The notes below the pieces were generated by a model. The model searched no databases. It was not told where the DNA came from and was given only the letters and a program-made list of their open reading frames with translations. The position numbers and the translations under genes are program-made. Positions 1-5,148 of a DNA stretch of 5,148 nt are shown piece after piece. Source of the stretch: Candidatus Thorarchaeota archaeon (GTDB lineage: Archaea > Asgardarchaeota > Heimdallarchaeia > Hodarchaeales > Hodarchaeaceae); NCBI GenBank assembly GCA_048882505.1, contig JBHLRO010000050.1, positions 1 to 5,148 on the forward strand, in the 5' to 3' direction. Position 1 is the first letter of the stretch; each line of letters starts with the position of its first letter.

Positions 1-783
1 TCCTTCGCCGCCGTTATTTCATACATGAATGCCAAAGGTGTTCCCATCCCCTTGAAAGAAGAGAATGAGTTTCGGCTCGATCCAGATGATATAGAGGCAA
101 AAATAACCCCCCAAACTCGGCTAATCATAGTTAACTCACCTATGAACCCAACGGGGTCAATGATGACCAAAGAGGAACTGGCTCGAGTGGCAGAGCTTGC
201 AGAGGAACATGAAATTTATGTTCTAGGAGACGAAATTTACTCCAAAATGACGTATGATCGTGATTTCTTTTCTGTTTCTATGAGAGATCAAGCTAAAAAC
301 CATTCAGTGATAATTGATGGTTTTAGTAAAGCGTATTCAATGACAGGGTGGCGACTTGGGTATATGATAGGACCTGAAAACCTGATCGATCGAAGTGGTC
401 TTCTTCTGGCCCTAACGGTGTCATGTGTCTCGTCATTTAGCCAAAAAGCAGGTGTTGCAGCATTAAAGGAACCACAGACTGAATTAAACCGGATGATGGC
501 CATCTTTCGGAAGAGAAGAGACCGGATTGTGATGGGATTGAACGAAGTCCCAGGATTCAATTGTAAAACGCCCGAAGGCGCCTTTTATGCATTTCCAAAT
601 ATCCAACAAACAGGTATGACATCCAGGGAGCTTGCAAACCAGCTATTAATGGAGATTGCCATTGCATGTATTCCAGGAACACTTTTTGGTCCAAATGGCG
701 AAGGATATCTTAGGTTTTCATATGCTACTTCAATTAAAGTAATTGATAAAGCGATAGAGCGAATGAAGGCTATGTTTTCCTAG
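1..783 (+). CDS. PLP-dependent aminotransferase, class I/II (aspartate aminotransferase-like), 5'-partial
   Basis: Frame 1 is open from base 1 (SFAAVISY before the listed Met at 25), so the true start lies upstream of the window. Family motifs: NSPMNPTG, GDEIY, PLP-lysine motif GFSKAYSMTGWRLGY (Lys codon 328-330), PEGAFYAF, and GYLRFSYA with the carboxylate-binding Arg (712-714). Stop TAG at 781-783. Substrate specificity cannot be fixed from the sequence. Confidence 0.95.
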   Translation, partial: SFAAVISYMNAKGVPIPLKEENEFRLDPDDIEAKITPQTRLIIVNSPMNPTGSMMTKEELARVAELAEEHEIYVLGDEIYSKMTYDRDFFSVSMRDQAKNHSVIIDGFSKAYSMTGWRLGYMIGPENLIDRSGLLLALTVSCVSSFSQKAGVAALKEPQTELNRMMAIFRKRRDRIVMGLNEVPGFNCKTPEGAFYAFPNIQQTGMTSRELANQLLMEIAIACIPGTLFGPNGEGYLRFSYATSIKVIDKAIERMKAMFS

Positions 784-829
784 GTTGTCATATGTCTATT
801 AATTTCAAGTTCGATTGTTTGAAAGGAAA

Positions 830-834
830 GAGGA
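830..834 (+). promoter_or_regulatory. Shine-Dalgarno-like GAGGA upstream of the likely hom start
   Basis: GAGGA lies in a purine-rich run (GAAAGGAAAGAGGA, 821-834), 8 nt before ATG 843. The peptide from 843 (MKDTELRLAFIGFGTVG) enters the Rossmann strand directly. Confidence 0.5.
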
Positions 835-842
835 TTCATAAG

Positions 843-1889
843 ATGAAAGATACCGAGCTAAGATTAGCATTTATTGGTTTTGGAACCGTTGGGCAAGGCC
901 TCGCGGAAATTTTGCTAGAACAAGAGGATAAATTGAAGGAGGAATTCGGATTCGATTATTCTGTTGTGGCAATTTCGGATAAAGTAAAGGGTGCTGTATA
1001 CGACGAACGTGGCCTTGATTTACATAAAATTCTAAAGCTAGTCAAGAAACATAATTCGATAACAGACTACCCTGACGGTATCCGCGGTTGGGATAGTCTG
1101 AAAACTATTACCGATACCAACGCAAACACCATAATTGAAGTTTCCTGGACAGATATCACTACTGGGGAACCTGCTTTGACCCATGTCAAAACGGCCATAT
1201 CCTGCTTTAAACACGTGGTTATGACGAATAAGGGGCCAGTTGCCCTTGAAGCAAGAACTCTGCTAGAAATGGCCGCAGCAAACGGAGTTCACCTCAAATT
1301 TGAAGGTACGGTTCTAAGTGGAACGCCTGCGATAAGCCTTGGCATTAAAAACTTGGCTGGATCTCAGATCACTGAAGTTGCAGGCATAGTAAATGGAACA
1401 ACGAATTTTATCCTTACAGGGATGGCAAAAGGGGAAACCTATGAGACTGCTCTAGCACGTGCCCAAGAACTTGGATATGCAGAAGCAGATCCCACTGCCG
1501 ACGTAGAAGGCTATGATGCGTTGGGCAAGATTGTGATTCTTGCAAATGTTGTCATGGGAGGAAATATCACCAAAGATCAAGTTTCTTGTCAAGGTATTAC
1601 TCGAATAACCGCTAAGGATATAGCAGCCGCCATAAAAGAAGATAAGTGTTGGAAACTTATTGCTAGAGCTAAAATTCACCCAGATGGCTCGGTAGAAGCC
1701 TCGGTCAAGCCAGAACAGATTCCTTTGACTCACCCATTGGCCGCGGTCGATGGAGCGACCAACGCACTCACTTTCTCAACAAAATACCTCGGAGATGTAA
1801 CAATCATTGGCCCAGGCGCGGGAAGAGCTCCGACCGGCTATGCTCTGCTGACGGATCTATTGGATATCCACCGTCAAGTACTAAAGTAA
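843..1889 (+). CDS. hom: Homoserine dehydrogenase, short form without ACT domain (348 aa from ATG 843; ORF track start 792 is an alternative)
   Basis: Rossmann motif GFGTVG (876-893), HVVMTNKGP, FEGTVLSGTP, GIVNGTTNFIL, the catalytic-region signature AQELGYAEADPTADVEGYDALGKIVILAN, and C-terminal GPGAGRAPTGYALLTDL, followed by a stop about 8 residues later, leaving no room for an ACT domain. Confidence 0.95.
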   Translation: MKDTELRLAFIGFGTVGQGLAEILLEQEDKLKEEFGFDYSVVAISDKVKGAVYDERGLDLHKILKLVKKHNSITDYPDGIRGWDSLKTITDTNANTIIEVSWTDITTGEPALTHVKTAISCFKHVVMTNKGPVALEARTLLEMAAANGVHLKFEGTVLSGTPAISLGIKNLAGSQITEVAGIVNGTTNFILTGMAKGETYETALARAQELGYAEADPTADVEGYDALGKIVILANVVMGGNITKDQVSCQGITRITAKDIAAAIKEDKCWKLIARAKIHPDGSVEASVKPEQIPLTHPLAAVDGATNALTFSTKYLGDVTIIGPGAGRAPTGYALLTDLLDIHRQVLK

Positions 1890-1909
1890 AGTGATTACTT
1901 TGACGGGAT
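1866..1909 (+). terminator. Imperfect hairpin over the hom stop codon, possible terminator between convergent genes
   Basis: ATCCACCGTCAAGTA (1866-1880) pairs with TACTTTGACGGGAT (1896-1909) with bulges. An alternative inner stem AAAGTAA/TTACTTT (1883-1889/1895-1901) is possible. TTAATTTT follows. The convergent gap also has T5 tracts on each strand (1963-1967 on +, 1953-1957 on -). Confidence 0.3.
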
Positions 1910-1966
1910 TAATTTTGGCTCAACGTAGTCACCTGGAAATCGAGCTTTCGGCAAAAACGGACTTTT

Positions 1967-3346
1967 TCAATCAGTTTTGACAAGTGGCCTGTAAAATCTT
2001 TCAATGATGCAGACAGACACGGTTGTTACTAAGAAGGGGTCTAATTCTTCATTAGTCTCGATGCCAAATTGCTTCCTAATGTAAACGGAGTCTAGAGAAC
2101 TGACTGAGAAAACCAAGTTGTTTTGGGAATCAACGATATTTGTCCTCTTCGGATCACCCTCCAAGGTTATGGACACTGTTTTCGTTTTGATTTCACCCTT
2201 GTGTCCAATTATGGTAAGTTTGAGTGAAGCTTCGTCCTTTCCTCTCAAATTTGAGATTTTCCAACGTGAAAAATACAAATTTCCTTTAATAGATCCTATG
2301 TAAGTTCCAGTTTCATCCGTTATGGAAAATTTTCTTATTAAAATCCATTTATTGGGTACTATTAATAATAAAAATAATATAATGCCAATAGAGGGAAGTA
2401 CCAGCAGTTGGAATGCCATCTGACCAAAATCGTATTCCATTGGAAAAATTAAAACTTCCAAAAACGTGAAATAAACAGGAAAACCGAGGCAGGCGATGAG
2501 AATTATCACATAAGTAGCCATTCGATTTGTGGAAGACCTACGAACTACCAGAAATTCACGATTATTACCATAGCTGATCTTATAGGTTGTTTCAAAGGTA
2601 TTTAACTTTTTTATCGTAAAATCATTATGTGTTTCAAGGTTTTGGCTAGAAAACATGTCAGTAGAAACGTCTGTAGGTTTAAAGACACTAAACGATTCAT
2701 CCAATAAGTTCACTCGGGATGTCGAAGGGAGCTTCTTTCGTGTCGTTCTTACCGTTGGATTCTTTCGTTGTCTGTAAGGAGTAAAAAAGAAAGAAACCAA
2801 GGCAATAAATGCGACCAAAATTGCGAGTGGGAGGCCCAGAAAGAGATATGGTACCCCAACCAAAAAAATCGGTAAAAAAACTATTCCTAGTAATGTATTT
2901 TTTAATCGGTATCCCTGCGGATAAGGTTTCGGGGGACCATTTTTCATAACGAGGTAACCTTTGATCATGGAGATAGCAATCAATGTCCATAATCCCATTA
3001 GAACATAGCCATCTTGTAAAGAAAAACGTTCTTCGAAACGATTCATCAGGTCAAGATAGGGGTTTAGAGAAAAGATTGTGATAATGACTCCAATGGAAAA
3101 TCCAAAATATGCTACGTTTAGGATAAGATCAAGAAACGGATTAGGATTTCCCCCGATGATGCGTTCTTCGTCAGATTCCTTTTGCTCGATCTGTAATCTG
3201 TCGGCCTGAGCTCTTTCAAACTCGTTATCTTGAAAAGGGGATTCTTTTATCCCCGCAGAGGATAAATCTGAACCGCAATTTTTACAGTATAACGATGTTT
3301 TGGGCACTAGTTCGCCGCAAAGATTACATTTGACCATATTACTCAT
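1967..3346 (-). CDS. Zinc-ribbon, multi-pass membrane protein with a C-terminal LURP-one/scramblase-like domain (459 aa)
   Basis: Long uninterrupted ORF. N-terminal CNLC-x10-CKNC zinc ribbon (aa 7-24, nt 3275-3328). Hydrophobic segments at about aa 71-94, 114-134, 151-189 (hairpin) and 277-334 (hairpin). A beta-rich region (aa 241-270 and 338-430) ends in one amphipathic helix (LDPFLVTTVSVCIIERFY). CDS status is secure; the fold call is by eye and tentative. Confidence 0.85.
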   Translation of the reverse strand: MSNMVKCNLCGELVPKTSLYCKNCGSDLSSAGIKESPFQDNEFERAQADRLQIEQKESDEERIIGGNPNPFLDLILNVAYFGFSIGVIITIFSLNPYLDLMNRFEERFSLQDGYVLMGLWTLIAISMIKGYLVMKNGPPKPYPQGYRLKNTLLGIVFLPIFLVGVPYLFLGLPLAILVAFIALVSFFFTPYRQRKNPTVRTTRKKLPSTSRVNLLDESFSVFKPTDVSTDMFSSQNLETHNDFTIKKLNTFETTYKISYGNNREFLVVRRSSTNRMATYVIILIACLGFPVYFTFLEVLIFPMEYDFGQMAFQLLVLPSIGIILFLLLIVPNKWILIRKFSITDETGTYIGSIKGNLYFSRWKISNLRGKDEASLKLTIIGHKGEIKTKTVSITLEGDPKRTNIVDSQNNLVFSVSSLDSVYIRKQFGIETNEELDPFLVTTVSVCIIERFYRPLVKTD

Positions 3347-3553
3347 AACAATAGTTCCAGCCTTTCGGAATAGTATAGCGTAGATTTGTGTCGAAAAAAA
3401 TCACGGTGCGATTCCGTTTTTAATATTTTTGTCAGAAGAAAGCTAAAACAGACAATAAGACCGTCAAATGGGCAAAACCAAACCGTAAACTTGCCCTCAA
3501 AATCTGATGAATCTTAAATTGAAGTGTGCTACTTTATTCCCCACTTCGGGATG

Positions 3554-3808
3554 CTAATGCTTAATTTTGGAACCACATTCGATCACATCGTTGTTAGTAT
3601 CTACTCCCAATAGCTTAGGGCGAATTTTACATGCCTTACCTGTTTTAATCCTGATGTTACTCATTATCAATGCAGAAGTGGTTCTTGTTAACACTTGATC
3701 TGTTCTTATCACTTGAACCCCAAAAATTTGTTTTTACGGAATTTCGACGTCACCATGGGTTTTTATTTGTAGGTTTAGCACAAAAACTCGAAAAAGGTAT
3801 TTAGTCAT
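3554..3808 (-). pseudogene. Possible small ORF interrupted by one in-frame TAA
   Basis: ATG at 3808 gives MTKYLFRVFVLNLQIKTHGDVEIP, then TAA (3736-3734), then 59 more open codons in the same frame (KQIFGVQVIRT...CGSKIKH) to TAG at 3556-3554. No recognisable family, so it may be chance. Confidence 0.15.
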
Positions 3809-3866
3809 ATTTTTTAGATATTTGCCTAACCTTAATCCAAAGGAGTCCTATTACTGGTTGGGCTTG

Positions 3867-3877
3867 TTTATATTATA
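3867..3877. promoter_or_regulatory. Archaeal TATA-like element in the divergent spacer
   Basis: TTTATATTATA on + (about 70-80 nt upstream of ATG 3947) reads TATAATATAAA on -. The motif is AT-only in AT-rich DNA, so support is weak, and no clear BRE was seen. Confidence 0.25.
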
Positions 3878-3946
3878 GTTGCTTTAATCGATCAAACATA
3901 ACAAAGGCCTTCTAATGGCGGATTTTTAAATAAGGATCGACCGCAG

Positions 3947-5148
3947 ATGATGGAATGGGTCGTTGATTCCGAAATAGCCACACGATTGGGGCATAAAATT
4001 TTGATTGCGGGTTTGAGCGAGGCAGGCAAAACGGCAATTAAAAGGATCTTTTTCCTTAAACAGCAGGCAGAAGATGTCAAGAACCTATCCGCAACTTTGA
4101 ATTATGAACGAATGTCTATAATAATAAAAGAGACCCCAATAACCATCGTAGATTTAGGTGGTCAAAAGATTTTCTTAAAACGATTTTTATCTGGCTTTAG
4201 TCCTTTTGTATTTAGTAGCGTCAAGATCTTTATATTCCTGATTGATGTGGCGAATCGTACTACCCGTAATAATGCTTTGCAGTATTTTAGAGGATGTTTA
4301 GAGAAACTGCATTCATTCTCTCCAGATGCGGAGATATTCGTTTTCTTGCACAAGAACGATTTGGTCATAAATTCTCCCAATTATGAATCCATTCACGAGC
4401 AATTAAAAGAGCAGTTCCAGCTTGAAGCACCAGAAACAAGGATTTCCTTCTTCCGAACTACCATCTACCGTCCTGAAACAGTGATTAACTCATTTGGCAG
4501 AATTATAGAATTAACCCTGCCAAAAATTGCTAGGAGTGAGTTTGTGAATGGGCGAGAAATAGGGAAAGTCGAAGAATTTCACGAGGAGACCATGACTCTT
4601 CGTAGGCCCACCACTCAACCTGTAATTGAAGAGGAATTACCTCCTACCGAGACAAAAATTGCCGGAGATCCTGCCGTGCTTGAAAGACTTCAATCCTTAA
4701 TGAAATCTGCTACTCAAAAGCCAATTCGAGCTAAATCGGATTTTATTTATTTGGGAGATGCGGCAGATGAAGAATCTATAACCGAAGCTACGTTGGCTCA
4801 CATCGAAAAAGATAATACAACTCATCTTCCCTGGACTTCTCCCGTTGCGGGCGATAAAAGGGATTTGAATCTTTCTAATGGTATAAAACTTAGTACAAAA
4901 CCTGCCGAATCAGATATATCTGTATCTCCTATTCGTCCTGCTACAAAAGCCGAGACAACCGTACTAAATCCGAGGGTTACCCATTTAATTGAATTTTATA
5001 GATTGGAAGTAGATCAAGCAACGGACATTGTAAATTCTGGTTATTCAAGCATTTTCGAAATGGCAACAACATCTGGGGTTCCTGTACGACTGTGTCTCGA
5101 TATCTTTTTGAAATATCTACCTTTCATTAAAAAGGAACAAGGAGAAGA
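3947..5148 (+). CDS. Rag/Gtr1-like small GTPase with long C-terminal extension, 3'-partial
   Basis: Manually translated in frame 2: in-frame TAA at 3899-3901, tandem ATG ATG at 3947/3950, then 400 codons with no stop to the window end. G1 GLSEAGKT (4010-4033), G2 Thr in SATLNYE (4094-4096), G3 DLGGQ (4151-4165), G4 HKND (4349-4360), G5 TTIY (4457-4468). His in G4 (HKxD) and TxIY/W in G5 are Rag-family hallmarks. The G domain spans about 3995-4522. Confidence 0.93.
   Translation, partial: MMEWVVDSEIATRLGHKILIAGLSEAGKTAIKRIFFLKQQAEDVKNLSATLNYERMSIIIKETPITIVDLGGQKIFLKRFLSGFSPFVFSSVKIFIFLIDVANRTTRNNALQYFRGCLEKLHSFSPDAEIFVFLHKNDLVINSPNYESIHEQLKEQFQLEAPETRISFFRTTIYRPETVINSFGRIIELTLPKIARSEFVNGREIGKVEEFHEETMTLRRPTTQPVIEEELPPTETKIAGDPAVLERLQSLMKSATQKPIRAKSDFIYLGDAADEESITEATLAHIEKDNTTHLPWTSPVAGDKRDLNLSNGIKLSTKPAESDISVSPIRPATKAETTVLNPRVTHLIEFYRLEVDQATDIVNSGYSSIFEMATTSGVPVRLCLDIFLKYLPFIKKEQGE

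Noticed and set aside
25-27. ATG 25 as the aminotransferase start
   Set aside because: The frame is open to base 1 and the N-terminal part of the class I/II fold is missing, so the gene begins upstream of the window.
288-560. 90-aa minus-strand ORF
   Set aside because: Antisense shadow entirely inside the aminotransferase gene; no motifs.
792-842. 17-aa N-terminal extension of Hom from ATG 792
   Set aside because: Not part of the Rossmann fold, and ATG 843 has a well-spaced GAGGA. Not excluded, since 792 is only 8 nt after the upstream stop.
1452-1733. 93-aa minus-strand ORF
   Set aside because: Antisense to the conserved catalytic region of hom; no independent support.
2118-2303. 61-aa plus-strand ORF
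   Set aside because: Antisense shadow inside the 459-aa membrane protein gene.
2356-2381. AT-rich ATAATAAAAATAATATAAT-type stretch
   Set aside because: Explained by Ile/Leu/Phe codons of a TM helix on the minus strand; not a tandem repeat or promoter.
2697-2990. 97-aa alternative-frame minus-strand ORF
   Set aside because: Nested in the 459-aa ORF, whose own frame gives coherent TM helices here, so no frameshift is needed.
1945-3421. Short repeats flanking the membrane gene: direct CTTTCGG (1945-1951, 3362-3368) and inverted AAAAACGGA (1953-1961 vs 3413-3421)
   Set aside because: Only 7-9 bp, partly homopolymeric, not arranged as terminal inverted repeats with flanking target duplications, and no transposase or integrase is present. 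Compatible with chance.
3839-3844. AAGGAG Shine-Dalgarno-like motif in the spacer
   Set aside because: No usable ORF downstream; the nearest TTG frame stops within 7 codons, and ATG 3947 is over 100 nt away.
3347-3946. tRNA, CRISPR array or structured ncRNA in the 600-bp spacer
   Set aside because: No cloverleaf, no regularly spaced repeats, and only stems of about 4 bp (e.g. TCCC/GGGA 3538-3551) were visible. A covariance-model search would be needed to exclude an ncRNA fully.
3892-4080. 62-aa minus-strand ORF
   Set aside because: Largely antisense to the P-loop region of the GTPase gene.
4162-4380. 72-aa minus-strand ORF
   Set aside because: Antisense shadow inside the GTPase G domain.

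Overview
AT-rich prokaryotic window with four convincing protein genes. (1) 5'-truncated PLP-dependent class I/II aminotransferase (+, <1..783). (2) Short, ACT-less homoserine dehydrogenase (+, likely 843..1889), probably co-transcribed with gene 1. (3) A convergent 459-aa membrane protein (-, 1967..3346) with an N-terminal zinc ribbon, about six predicted TM helices and a C-terminal beta-rich module resembling the LURP-one/scramblase/Tubby-C fold. (4) After a 600-bp divergent spacer, a gene absent from the supplied ORF track because it runs off the window (+, 3947..>5148, 400 codons without a stop). It encodes a Rag/Gtr1-like small GTPase (GLSEAGKT, DLGGQ, HKND, TTIY) followed by a long Pro/Thr/Ser/Glu-rich linker and a helical domain rather than an immediate roadblock domain. 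A Rag-like GTPase in intron-less, operon-like DNA points to an Asgard archaeon (inference). No rRNA, tRNA, CRISPR array or mobile element was seen. All family calls come from motif recognition by eye; no searches were run.
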